Source: an uncultured Pseudomonadota bacterium (GTDB taxonomy: Bacteria; Desulfobacterota; Binatia; Binatales; Binataceae). Taken from it: 64,000 nucleotides of DNA. A model generated the notes under the pieces. It was not told where the DNA came from and did not search any database. It saw only the letters and a program-made list of their open reading frames with translations. Below are positions 39,709 through 49,342 of the stretch, one piece after another. Location of the stretch: NCBI GenBank assembly GCA_963805995.1, contig CAWDWL010000002.1, positions 135,773 through 199,772 on the forward strand, in the 5' to 3' direction. How positions within the stretch are numbered: position 1 is the first letter of the stretch; every line of letters begins with the position of its first letter. The translations under genes and the position numbers were made by a program.

Positions 39709-40575
39709 TTACCTGGCCACCAGCTTATTCGCGAGCGTCTCAAGGTCTCGCGTGATCGCCTCGAGGTCGTTGGTGAATTTGATGCCGGCGCCGATCGCCT
39801 TGATGCCGAGATCCTCGATGCGTTTTAATTGATCCTCGGTCGGCGGTGCATAGAAACCCGCGATAACGTCTATCTCCTGGTAATTGCGGCCGATCTTCTC
39901 GCAATCGTCGCGCAATTGTTTGAGCAGCGCGTTCATGTCGGCGCCCGGGGTTGGAATGAAACCGTCGCCATAGCGTGCGGCGCGCCTGATGGCGGGGCGG
40001 GAATTGCCACCGACGTAAATCGGAATGCCTTTGCTTTGCACCGGTTTAGGAAAGCTCTTGACCGGTCCGAAATTGAAATGCGTGCCGTGGAAACTGGAGG
40101 GGTTGTCACGCCACAGGGCGCGCATTGCCTGGATCGCCTCGTCCGTGCGCACACCACGAGTGTGAAAATCGACGCCCAGCGCTTGGAATTCTTCCTTAAG
40201 CCAGCCCGAACCGACGCCAACCCGCATGCGGCCCTTGGAGAGGACGTCAAGCGTGGCCAACTGCTTGGCGAGGTACAGGGGATGATGTTGTGGAAGGATA
40301 ATTACGTTGGTGGAAAACTTTATGCGTTTGGTTATCGAAGTCGCGAAAGCCAGCGGCAGCAAAGGGTCCGGAAAAGGCATTTCGTCATTGCTGGAAGGAA
40401 AGCTGCCATCCGCACTGTATGGATATTTGCTGGCATAGGTCTGCGGGAACGCCACGTGCTCGGGGGTGCTCAGAACGTCGAAACCCAGACGATCGGCTTC
40501 CTTTGCGTAATGGGCCAGCACGTCCGGATCGAAAGGTGCCGGCGGTACAAAGAACCAACTCACTCCTACGCGCAT
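39709..40575 (-). CDS. LLM-class flavin/F420-dependent oxidoreductase (luciferase-like)
   Basis: 288 aa; luciferase-like TIM barrel (…FDVLSTPEHVAFPQ…, …KFSTNVIILPQHHPLYLAKQLATLDVLSKGRMRVGVGSGW…). Confidence 0.85.
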   Translation of the reverse strand: MRVGVSWFFVPPAPFDPDVLAHYAKEADRLGFDVLSTPEHVAFPQTYASKYPYSADGSFPSSNDEMPFPDPLLPLAFATSITKRIKFSTNVIILPQHHPLYLAKQLATLDVLSKGRMRVGVGSGWLKEEFQALGVDFHTRGVRTDEAIQAMRALWRDNPSSFHGTHFNFGPVKSFPKPVQSKGIPIYVGGNSRPAIRRAARYGDGFIPTPGADMNALLKQLRDDCEKIGRNYQEIDVIAGFYAPPTEDQLKRIEDLGIKAIGAGIKFTNDLEAITRDLETLANKLVAR

Positions 40576-40664
40576 TGTTTTCTCCTGTATTTTAAATTGC
40601 CGATAGCGTATCGCTCAAACAGGCATCCGCGCCTAATCAGATCCAGCGCAAAAGATCCTCAGTT

Positions 40665-41765
40665 TCATCCGGCTTTTCCGTTAGTCCGGGCAACGATGGG
40701 AGTTACGAGTTGTTTGAGGTGCCTGAGCAGAACTTTCATCTCGGCGGGCTTGCCGATCGATATCCGCAAACAGTCGTACAGCAAAGGCGTCGGGAAATGA
40801 CGGATTAAAATACCGCGGAGCCGCAATTCGGCCGCGAGGTCAGAGAGATCATGCCCGGTGAGGCGGGCCAGCACAAAGTTGGCGGACGAAGGGGGCACTT
40901 CAAACCCGATCGCATGCAAAGCCTGAACGGTTTCCACACGGGTCCTGGCAATGCGCCCGGCATTGCGCGCCGCCCAATCGGAGTTCCGCAAGGCAGCGGC
41001 GCCGGCGGCCTGAGCCACGCGGCTCAGATTGTAGGAATCCTTTACCTTGAGTAGTTGTTGGATAACCGCGCGATGCGCAAAGCAAAGCCCCAGGCGCATC
41101 CCCGCCAGGGAATGCGACTTCGACAGCGTCCGCAGCACGACTACATTGGCGTGCTTTCTGACCAGCGCCATCGCATGACGGCCGGCAAAATCCGCGTAAG
41201 CTTCGTCGATCGCAAGCAGATAGGGGCTGAGGCGGGCGGCCAGTTCACTAAGTAGCTTGACCGGAATCTCAGTTCCAGTCGGCGAATTCGGGTTGCATAC
41301 AATCGTAAGCCGCGCCTTGGCGCGGGCGAGCCGGTCAGCTGGAAACGCGAAATCCCGCCCCATCTCAATCGGAGTCACACGGGCGCTCTCAATGGCAGCG
41401 AGCGTGTCGTAGAGCGAATAGGTCGGGACTGGATATGCAACACTATCACGATGGTCGACGACCGCCCGGAAAAGCATCGCCAGTAATTCGTCCGAGCCGT
41501 TGCCGGCAAGGATCATTTCCTTGGGAAACCCATAGTAACGTGATGCCGCCTCGATGAAATCATCAGCCATCGGGCGTGGATACAGCCGCAGGGCGTCGCC
41601 CTGGAGCGCTTTAATGATCGCCGCGCGGATGCGTGGTGAGGGAGGATAAGGATTCTCGTTGGTGTTGAGTTTGATGAGGCGCTCACCGGGTGGTGGCTGT
41701 TCCCCCGGCATATAGGGCGCCATGTTCAAAATCGCGTCACGAAACATTGGCTGAAGGGAAGCCAT
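40665..41765 (-). CDS. histidinol-phosphate aminotransferase family (class I/II PLP aminotransferase); substrate here unknown
   Basis: 366 aa; …LNTNENPYPP… and …RTLSKSHSLAGMRLG… HisC-type PLP-lysine motif. Confidence 0.85.
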   Translation of the reverse strand: MASLQPMFRDAILNMAPYMPGEQPPPGERLIKLNTNENPYPPSPRIRAAIIKALQGDALRLYPRPMADDFIEAASRYYGFPKEMILAGNGSDELLAMLFRAVVDHRDSVAYPVPTYSLYDTLAAIESARVTPIEMGRDFAFPADRLARAKARLTIVCNPNSPTGTEIPVKLLSELAARLSPYLLAIDEAYADFAGRHAMALVRKHANVVVLRTLSKSHSLAGMRLGLCFAHRAVIQQLLKVKDSYNLSRVAQAAGAAALRNSDWAARNAGRIARTRVETVQALHAIGFEVPPSSANFVLARLTGHDLSDLAAELRLRGILIRHFPTPLLYDCLRISIGKPAEMKVLLRHLKQLVTPIVARTNGKAG

Positions 41766-42162
41766 CGACGTTTAACCAGGTCAAAACTGTTGTGCGCGCA
41801 CGCAACACAATCCGGACGTGAGGGTTTCGCGCAAATCCATCACACGCCCGCATCGACGTTAACAGCGCGATCTTCCGATCCTCCCCGCGGGCACTTGGTA
41901 GTCTCTCCCGATGTCCTTTGAATAGAAACAAGCGTGGGTTATACCGCAATGGCCGGGCCACTCGTTATGGACCACCGCCAATCCTTGCCATCATTCCATT
42001 GCGTCGGTGCTCCGTTGCTGCAGAATGGCGAGAGCACCTTCAATTTCAAGAACGCGTTCAAATCATCAGTTCCAGCCCAGGTTGTCAAGGGGCGACCCCG
42101 CGGCAGCGTTTGCGTCGGCGGCGATGCCCTCTGATAATCTCGACCGATGGGAGGGTTTCATT

Positions 42163-42951
42163 ATGTCCGTGGATTTCGAAAAGCAAAAAAATGGCGTCGC
42201 CGTCATCACCTTCAATCGGCCGGAGAAACTGAACTCCGTCACCAAAGACGATCGTGAACATCTGGCCGAACTGTTGGAGCAGGTGCGCAGCGACTCCACG
42301 ATCAAAGTCGCCGTCATCACCGGCGCCGGCGATCGGGCCTTCACTGCCGGCAACGACCTTGCGGAGCCGCTTCCCGCAGGGGATCCGCTGGGACCCTATC
42401 GCGAAATCCCTGAAGGCCTGGCGCGCAAGATGATTCCTTATGGGAAGGGGATTGAGATCACCAAACCGATGATCGCCGCCATCAACGGCCATGCGATTGC
42501 CTTGGGCGCGTGCCTGATTCTGGCCACCGACGTCCGGTACGCGTCAGCCAACGCTACGTTTTCTCTCAACGAAGTGCGCTTTGCCAGCTTGGCCGACGGT
42601 GGCGCGCTCGCACGACTGCCGCGCCAAATCCCCTACGTTCACGCGATGCGCCTGCTGCTGACCGGTGACCGCATCGACGCTAACGAGATGCTGCGTATCG
42701 GGCTGATCAATGAGATCGTCCCGCAACCTCAACTGATGGCGCGCACAATGGAGACGGCGGAGCAGATAGCGGGCTTTGACGAGTTCGCCGTGCAAATCAC
42801 CAAACAGAGCGTCCATAGCGGCCTCGATGTCGGGGTCAATCAGGCGATCACGCAAGAATGCCTGTTTCGCGAAATGCTGACGGTGCGACAGGGCGGACGG
42901 GAAGCGTCCTCCCGGAATCTCACCGAGTTTTTCACCACGGTCAAGAGATAA
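42163..42951 (+). CDS. enoyl-CoA hydratase/isomerase (crotonase) family protein
   Basis: Start MSVDFEKQKNGVAVITFNRPEKLNSV preceded by GGGAGGG; …ITGAGDRAFTAGNDL… crotonase motif. Confidence 0.85.
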   Translation: MSVDFEKQKNGVAVITFNRPEKLNSVTKDDREHLAELLEQVRSDSTIKVAVITGAGDRAFTAGNDLAEPLPAGDPLGPYREIPEGLARKMIPYGKGIEITKPMIAAINGHAIALGACLILATDVRYASANATFSLNEVRFASLADGGALARLPRQIPYVHAMRLLLTGDRIDANEMLRIGLINEIVPQPQLMARTMETAEQIAGFDEFAVQITKQSVHSGLDVGVNQAITQECLFREMLTVRQGGREASSRNLTEFFTTVKR

Positions 42952-43077
42952 CCAGTCCGGGAGATTACGGCCGATAGATTCCCGAACGTCATCCGGTTAC
43001 GGACGGGCGTCGCGCTTGGATTTGCTCCGAAACGAAACTATATCGTGCGGGCCGGATCTCCAAAGCAGAGGGTAGCG

Positions 43078-44511
43078 ATGGTCAAAAACGACAAGCTGAA
43101 TGCCGACGTGGTAGTGATTGGCTTCGGCGCGGCTGGAGCGGCGGCGGCGATCACCGCACACGACGCCGGCGCGCGGGTATTGATTATCGAGAAGATGCCT
43201 GAGGTTCATGCCGGTGGCAGCACCCGGGTCTCCGGCAACGTTTGGTTCTGTCCAACGGATTCCGAGACCGGCTTGCGCTACCTCAAAAATCTCTGCGGCG
43301 AATATCCCATTGCACCCGAACTGATGCGCGCCTGGGCCGATGAGACTGCGCATAACACCGAATGGGTAAAAAGTCTGGGCGCCGACGTCGGACTGATGGA
43401 AGTCCCAATGGAGTTTCCTGAGGTCTCGGGTCATGAATGCGACGATGGCTTCCATCATGTCGGCCCCGCCTGGGGCATGGGACGGCTCTACAACGCGCTC
43501 AAGTTGGCGGTTGAGAAACGCAACATTGAGGTGTGCTACAGCACCCGCGCTGGTGATTTGCTGCGTGACGCGGAAACCAATGCCGTGGTGGGGCTGGCGG
43601 CCGATCAGGATGGCAGGGCGGTCGAAATCCGCGCGCGCCGCGGGGTCATTCTGGCTTCGGGCGGCTTCGCCAACAATTCGGAGCTGATCCGTACCTTTCT
43701 GCGTCTGCCGGAAGCCACGCCTTGGGGCTCGCCCGCCAATACCGGCGACGGCCTGCTGATGGCGCAGAAGGCGGGTGCCGCGCTAGCCAACATGCACAAT
43801 TACATGGGCATGATGGGGCTAAAGGCGCCCGGTCATGCGGGCGGCTTCAATGTCGTTTTCAATAACCACGCGTGGATCGTCGTCGATTATGGGGGTCAGC
43901 GCTTCGCTAACGAAACCGCGCGCAACAAGCACGGCAAAATCCTGGTCGGCAATCGCTACATCCTGTTTCCCGACCGTCCATGCTTCGCGATTTTCGACGA
44001 AACGACGCGCCTGGCCGGACCGATTTATCCGACCATCGAAGCGCAGCCATATGGCTGGACCCAACGTATCGAAGATTATCGCTGGAGCCCGGACAACAGC
44101 GTCGAGATTGAAAAAGGATGGATCTCGTGCGCATCGACCGTTGAGGACCTCGGCATGAAGCTCGGCCTTGACTCCCGGCAGCTTGCCGCGACAATCGCGG
44201 AGTACAATAGCGGCTGCGAGGCGAGGCACGATGCGCGGCATGGCCGCGCCGCGGAAACTATGCTCCCCATCAGCAAGGCCCCATTTTACGGGTTCGCGTG
44301 GGGACCGCTGCTGGTTTACACCTGCGGCGGTCCGCGCAAGAACGCGCGCGCCCAGGTGATAGACGCGTTGGGCAAAGTAATCCCGCGGCTCTACGCTGCC
44401 GGAGAAGTTGCGTCCACCTACAGCCATTGTATGGCGGGCGGACAGATGATCGCCGACGCCCTGGCCTTCGGCAGAATCGCCGGCCGCAACGCCGCCGCGC
44501 AGCCGCTCTGA
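43078..44511 (+). CDS. FAD-dependent oxidoreductase of the fumarate reductase / 3-ketosteroid-dehydrogenase (KstD) type
   Basis: …ADVVVIGFGAAGAAAAITAHDAGARVLIIEK… dinucleotide fold; C-terminal …LYAAGEVAS…GGQMIADALAFGRIAG…. Confidence 0.85.
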   Translation: MVKNDKLNADVVVIGFGAAGAAAAITAHDAGARVLIIEKMPEVHAGGSTRVSGNVWFCPTDSETGLRYLKNLCGEYPIAPELMRAWADETAHNTEWVKSLGADVGLMEVPMEFPEVSGHECDDGFHHVGPAWGMGRLYNALKLAVEKRNIEVCYSTRAGDLLRDAETNAVVGLAADQDGRAVEIRARRGVILASGGFANNSELIRTFLRLPEATPWGSPANTGDGLLMAQKAGAALANMHNYMGMMGLKAPGHAGGFNVVFNNHAWIVVDYGGQRFANETARNKHGKILVGNRYILFPDRPCFAIFDETTRLAGPIYPTIEAQPYGWTQRIEDYRWSPDNSVEIEKGWISCASTVEDLGMKLGLDSRQLAATIAEYNSGCEARHDARHGRAAETMLPISKAPFYGFAWGPLLVYTCGGPRKNARAQVIDALGKVIPRLYAAGEVASTYSHCMAGGQMIADALAFGRIAGRNAAAQPL

Positions 44512-44794
44512 CTCATTTGTCCAGGCCCGCAAGCTGCTGGGGGCGCCGTCGGCTGACACGCTCGAGGCGCGCGCGATCACGCCATCCCCACCACCCTGCA
44601 TTTTAGCGTCAGGGGCAAGCGCGGCCAGATCCTCCGTTCCGCTAGACTAGAGCGTTGTCGAACCTCTCCGTGGCACGCGTAGATACCATCCTGGTCCGCA
44701 ATGATTGAGTTAAGGTAATCGTCGCGTTGGTTTGGAGGTCTGACCTCGAATATCGCGTTTCATAAATTCGCGGCCTTCTCCTTTCAATCGACGG

Positions 44795-45340
44795 CTAACT
44801 CTTCTGGTCGGCGTGCTCGCGGATCAAGCTGGCGACCTGGCTCAGGTAGTCGCGCTTGCCGATTTCGACGCCGTTATGGCGCAGGATGTCGTATGCCGTC
44901 ACGACGTGGAAGTAGAAGTGGGGCAGCGTCCAATCGCGGAGAAACTGCAGGCCGTCCGCCTCGAGCCTCAGAGTGTTCATCAGCGGAATCTTCAGTTCGC
45001 GATCCTCCGCGCCTTCGAACGCGGCCGGCCGCAGGCCCTGTAGGTAATCGATTGTTTTCGCGATGCGGGCTTTGAGCTGATCCAGGGTCTGTTCGTTGTC
45101 CTCGAAGACTGGCGGTTCGTCGCCGATCAGCCTCGCGGCGCAATTTTTGGCATGGTCGCAGGCAATCTGCACCTGTTTGAGCAGCGGGTACATGTCGGGA
45201 GCAAGCCGCGCATTGACGAGCACGGCGGGATCGAGATTTTTGGCGCTCGCGTGCCGGGCGCCCTTATCCAGAAGCGCGGAGAGCGACCGCAGCATCGGCA
45301 CGAACGTTTCCACCGCAATGGCATATATCGAGAGCTTCAT
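44795..45340 (-). CDS. DUF1993-family protein
   Basis: MKLSIYAIAVETFVPMLRSLSALLDKG… typical DUF1993 N-terminus, 181 aa. Confidence 0.75.
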   Translation of the reverse strand: MKLSIYAIAVETFVPMLRSLSALLDKGARHASAKNLDPAVLVNARLAPDMYPLLKQVQIACDHAKNCAARLIGDEPPVFEDNEQTLDQLKARIAKTIDYLQGLRPAAFEGAEDRELKIPLMNTLRLEADGLQFLRDWTLPHFYFHVVTAYDILRHNGVEIGKRDYLSQVASLIREHADQKS

Positions 45341-45567
45341 GTCTTCCTCCTACGGACAAAGCGCGTGCGGAATTCTACAATCGGTGGCGTCCGCCTGAAA
45401 GGGCGCCAATGCCCTGCCCCGCACAGATCTTCAGTCAAAGTCGGTCCATAATCCACACCCGCATCAACCAAAGCCTGGGTCCGTCAGACCTCTTTCGCGC
45501 CGGACCCTTGACGATGAGGCCAACCCATTATATAACCAAATAGTTTTATAATTCCACGGTTATTTAT

Positions 45568-45945
45568 ATGACCCAGTCCGAACGACTTGATGCCGCCTTT
45601 ACCGCGCTAGCCGATCCGACACGGCGGGCGATCCTCGCGCGTCTCGCGGCGGGCGAGGCGTCGGTGACGGAACTCGCCAAACCATTCGCGATGAGTCAGC
45701 CAGCGATCTCCAAGCATCTCAAGATGCTGGAGCGCGCAGGCCTGATTTCGCGCGGACGCGACGCGCAAAGGCGCCCCTGCCGTCTTCAGCCGCAACGGCT
45801 GAAAGAAGTTGCGCAATGGGTCGGCACGTATCGCGAGTTCTGGGAAGAAAGCTTCAACCGCCTCGACAACTACCTCGAAGAGCTGCAAGCGAAGGAGAAA
45901 CATCGTGAGTCAAAAAAAGCTCGAAATTATCGCCGAGCCCGGTAA
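45568..45945 (+). CDS. ArsR/SmtB-family transcriptional regulator
   Basis: …FTALADPTRRAILARLAAGEASVTELAKPFAMSQPAISKHLKMLERAGLI… canonical ArsR wHTH. Confidence 0.85.
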   Translation: MTQSERLDAAFTALADPTRRAILARLAAGEASVTELAKPFAMSQPAISKHLKMLERAGLISRGRDAQRRPCRLQPQRLKEVAQWVGTYREFWEESFNRLDNYLEELQAKEKHRESKKARNYRRAR

Positions 45946-46414
45946 GCCAACAATTGTCACGCGACGTGTTGTCAACGCGCCGCGCACCCTGGTCTTCGAC
46001 GCGTTTACCAAGCCTGAGCACATTAGACGCTGGATGGGTCCGCGCAGTCTCACCATGGTGCTATGGGAGAGTGACTTTCGCGTCGGAGGAGGCTATCGAT
46101 TCGTCCACCGGGCGCCCGACGGGCAGGAATACGGCTTTCACGGAACGTTCCTCGGGATCGTCCGCCCCGAGCGTTTGGTGCGAACTTTTGTCTTTGAGAT
46201 AAAGCCCGAGCATGAGGCAGTCGAGACACTGCAACTGGATGAGCACGACGGCAAGACCACCATCACCACAACCACCGTGCACCAGACGATGGAAGGCCGC
46301 GACGCCCACCTGTCCGACGGAGCGATGGAAGCGGGCATGACGGATGGTTATGCCCGGCTTGACGAACTCCTCGCATCCCTTCAGGGCGGAGCGACGGCCG
46401 CGGCCGCGCGCTAG
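45905..46414 (+). CDS. SRPBCC (AHSA1/activator-of-Hsp90-ATPase-like) domain protein, overlapping the 3' end of arsR
   Basis: GTG at 45905 preceded by AAGGAG; …VVNAPRTLVFDAFTKPEHIRRWMGP… AHSA1-like; classic ArsR plus SRPBCC gene pair. Confidence 0.75.
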   Translation: MSQKKLEIIAEPGKPTIVTRRVVNAPRTLVFDAFTKPEHIRRWMGPRSLTMVLWESDFRVGGGYRFVHRAPDGQEYGFHGTFLGIVRPERLVRTFVFEIKPEHEAVETLQLDEHDGKTTITTTTVHQTMEGRDAHLSDGAMEAGMTDGYARLDELLASLQGGATAAAAR

Positions 46415-46698
46415 CGGGGGGATGAGACGGACATGTTGCAACTGGGTCGGCCTCGGAGCGGGCCGGCAAAACCGGATGGACAATTTGTAAGGCGACGAAA
46501 ACCATCTTCGCTAGACGCATGTTTTTGGCCATCCCCGAAACGCGCCGCGGTCCGGTACCGGGACTCGGGCTGGTAATCTTCGGCGCGCAAGACCCCGAAT
46601 ACCCGCTCGCCTGCTTCCAATGCTATAATCACGCGCTGCGCGATTTCTGCGTCGAGCCGCAAACATTGAATTAATAGGAAAAAGGGCAGGATGCACAC

Positions 46699-47850
46699 AT
46701 GGCGGGGATAGAGGGACCATTCTGGAAGCTCCGCGCGGACCGCAGCAAGCAGCCCAAGCGCGAGCCCGGCCCGATTAACCTTCAGCGTTATGCGGCCTCG
46801 ATGGCCTACAGCGGAATCTCCACCTTCATGGGGTTGCCGCTGGCACTTACGCCGGATGACCTCAAGGCGGGCAAAGTGGATGTTGCCGTCGTGGGTGCGC
46901 CCGTCGATACGAGCGTCGGCCATCGTGGCGCTCAGTACGGGCCGAGATACATCCGGGCGGATGAGCGCACGGTGCCGCACACTCCGGCGATGCTCCAGAA
47001 TCCTGATACCCGCTTCAAACCCTTCGAGGTACTGACGGTCGTCGATTACGGTGATGCCGGCGTCGATCCTCTCGACCTGAAAGCTTCGTGCGATGAAATT
47101 CGCAGCGTGGTCAAAGAGATCGCCTCGGCAGGCGCGGTTCCGATCGTGCTTGGTGGCGACCATACCATCCTTTGGCCGGACGCGGCTGCTGTCGCCGAAG
47201 TGTACGGGCCCGGCAAGGTTGGAGTAATTCACTTCGATTGTCACGTGGACTGCGCCAATAGCGTTTTGGGGCATAATATCGCCCACGGAACGCCAATCCG
47301 CCGGCTAATCGAGGACGAACACATTCCGGGGCAAAACTTTGTACAAATCGGTTTGCACAGCTTCGTGGTGCCCGACGATGAACTGCTGGCCTGGATGCTC
47401 AAAAAAGGCATGCGCTCACATCACATGGCGGAAATCGAGCGGTCAGGCTTCGAAGCCGTTTTGAACAAGGCGATCGGCGAAGCGCTGGACGGCCCCGAAT
47501 ATCTGTATGTCTCAGTCGATGTCGATGTGATGGACCCCGCTTTTGCTCCCGGCACCGGCACCCCGGAACCCGGAGGGCTGACGCCGCGCGAGATACTCCC
47601 CGCCGTCCGGCGGATCTGTCACGAAACCCCGGTGGTGGGATTTGAGGTAGTTGAGGTGGCGCCGCTGCTGGACCCCGGAATCACCACGGTTATGAATGCC
47701 CGGCGCATAATCCTCGAAGCGCTCACTGGGCTGGCGCAACGCAAGCTGGGCATCAAAGAAAAGAATTATCTCGACCCGGTAATGGCCGGTAAAACCCGCT
47801 CCATGGCGAAAGGCGCGAAGCCGGGAAGTGGCCGAGCAAACAAAAAGTAA
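46699..47850 (+). CDS. speB: agmatinase / arginase-family ureohydrolase
   Basis: …VLGGDHTILWP…, …IHFDCHVDC…, …SVDVDVMDPAFAPGTGTPEPGGL… Mn-binding ureohydrolase motifs. Confidence 0.85.
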   Translation: MAGIEGPFWKLRADRSKQPKREPGPINLQRYAASMAYSGISTFMGLPLALTPDDLKAGKVDVAVVGAPVDTSVGHRGAQYGPRYIRADERTVPHTPAMLQNPDTRFKPFEVLTVVDYGDAGVDPLDLKASCDEIRSVVKEIASAGAVPIVLGGDHTILWPDAAAVAEVYGPGKVGVIHFDCHVDCANSVLGHNIAHGTPIRRLIEDEHIPGQNFVQIGLHSFVVPDDELLAWMLKKGMRSHHMAEIERSGFEAVLNKAIGEALDGPEYLYVSVDVDVMDPAFAPGTGTPEPGGLTPREILPAVRRICHETPVVGFEVVEVAPLLDPGITTVMNARRIILEALTGLAQRKLGIKEKNYLDPVMAGKTRSMAKGAKPGSGRANKK

Positions 47851-48051
47851 GGGCTAAACGCGAAGTGTGGCGTCGGTCGTGTGGTGGAAAGGGGCAGGCC
47901 TCGTATCCAGCGAGTTAGCGCTAATAGACGGCTGTGGAATCCGGAACATCAAACGTGGTGATGCTGCCGTCGGGAGCCCGCATGAACCCAAGAGTCAAGT
48001 ACCGGGATGCCCGCCCTTTCGAGCCAGTCATCGTCTTTTCCTACACCTTCG

Positions 48052-48082
48052 GAAGAAAAATCACAGGCTGGAAGCCTGTGCC
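48052..48082 (-). terminator. rho-independent terminator of the dnaX-ybaB-recR operon
   Basis: Hairpin cacaggc-NNNN-gcctgtg (48062-48080) followed on the minus strand by a U-rich tract (forward gaagaaaaa at 48052-48060), about 95 nt downstream of the recR stop. Confidence 0.45.
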
Positions 48083-48175
48083 ACAAAGCCATCTGATCCT
48101 GGAAGGATAGCTTTAGAACCTGGTGAAAAGGGTGGTGGCTAGGGATTATCCGAAGGGATTACCAGGGACTTCCGG

Positions 48176-48805
48176 CTAAAGCTCGCGCCGGCCGCTCAGC
48201 GCGCTGGTCAGCGTGGCGGAATCGCTGTATTCCAGGTCGCCGCCGACTGGCAGGCCGCGCGCCAAGCGGGTGACTTTGATGCCGAGCGGCTTGATCAGAC
48301 GGGCCAGATACAGTGCGGTTGCTTCCCCTTCGACAGTCGCATTGGTGGCGATTACCAGTTCCGCGACGGGCGGCTCGGCGTTGAGGCGCGCGACCAGCTC
48401 CTTGATCCTGATATCGTCGGGGCCGATTCCATCCAGCGGCGCCAGCGCCCCGTGCAGGACGTGATAGAGGCCGCCGAAGCTGCGCGAGCGCTCCATCGCC
48501 ATCAGATCGGCCGGCCCTTCGACCACGCAGATCAGGGTCGGATCCCGCTCCGGGTCGGAGCAGATATGGCATTGCGGGCGGTCGGAAAGGCCCAGGCACG
48601 AACCGCACAGAACGATTCGCTCCTTCATTTCGAGCAAGGCCTCGGCCAGCGCGATGACCTCCTCACGCGGACGGCCCAGCAGATTGAAGGCCAGCCGCGA
48701 GGCGGTCTTCTCACCGATCCCCGGCAACCGCGAAAGCTCGCGCACCAGCCGGGTCATGGCCGGCGGCAAGCCCTGGCCGTGCTTGGGAGCAGTGTTGTCC
48801 GCCAT
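48176..48805 (-). CDS. recR: recombination protein RecR
   Basis: …LPGIGEKTASRLAFNLL… HhH, C4 zinc finger (CGSCLGLSD…CHICSD), Toprim region. Confidence 0.9.
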   Translation of the reverse strand: MADNTAPKHGQGLPPAMTRLVRELSRLPGIGEKTASRLAFNLLGRPREEVIALAEALLEMKERIVLCGSCLGLSDRPQCHICSDPERDPTLICVVEGPADLMAMERSRSFGGLYHVLHGALAPLDGIGPDDIRIKELVARLNAEPPVAELVIATNATVEGEATALYLARLIKPLGIKVTRLARGLPVGGDLEYSDSATLTSALSGRREL

Positions 48806-48970
48806 AGAAGAATCTCTTAGCAGGGTGTTGAGAGAGTAAGATTGATTGCGTTGGAATGACGCGCGCGCTCAACACCCTGCATAAAAATTGGCTTCCTTCC
48901 TGAATCTCCTCTCCCTCCGGGAGAAATAAGAGTGAGGGCGCAGGCCTTGAAATCCTTTTTCAATCGCCTG

Positions 48971-49294
48971 CTACTCGAAACCAGGCAACTTGAGCCCACC
49001 CATGGGCGCCAGCTTACCCATCTCCGTGGCGACCAGGGTCTGCGCCTGGCGCAACCCCTCGTTAACCGCCACGGTTATGAGGTCTTCGAGCATCGCCTGG
49101 TCGTTGGCGGTGATAAGCGAGGGATCGATGTGAATGCGCCGCACCTGCATCGAGCCATCCACGGTTACCCGCACCATCCCGCCGCCCGACTGCGACTCGA
49201 CGGTCTTGCTGGCGGCTTCTTCCTGGAGCTGCTTGAGTTTTTCCTGCAGCACCTGCGCCTGCTGGAGGAGTTCTGACAAATTGGGCTGGGCCAT
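48971..49294 (-). CDS. ybaB: YbaB/EbfC nucleoid-associated protein
   Basis: 107 aa; …GGGMVRVTVDGSMQVRRIHIDPSL… family signature. Confidence 0.85.
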   Translation of the reverse strand: MAQPNLSELLQQAQVLQEKLKQLQEEAASKTVESQSGGGMVRVTVDGSMQVRRIHIDPSLITANDQAMLEDLITVAVNEGLRQAQTLVATEMGKLAPMGGLKLPGFE

Positions 49295-49342
49295 GTAAAT
49301 AGCTCCTTGGTTGCGATGTTGACGTCGAACCGACGCGGCCGG

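Noticed and set aside
46411-47286. 291-aa - strand ORF
   Set aside because: Antisense to the agmatinase gene, which has clear ureohydrolase motifs.
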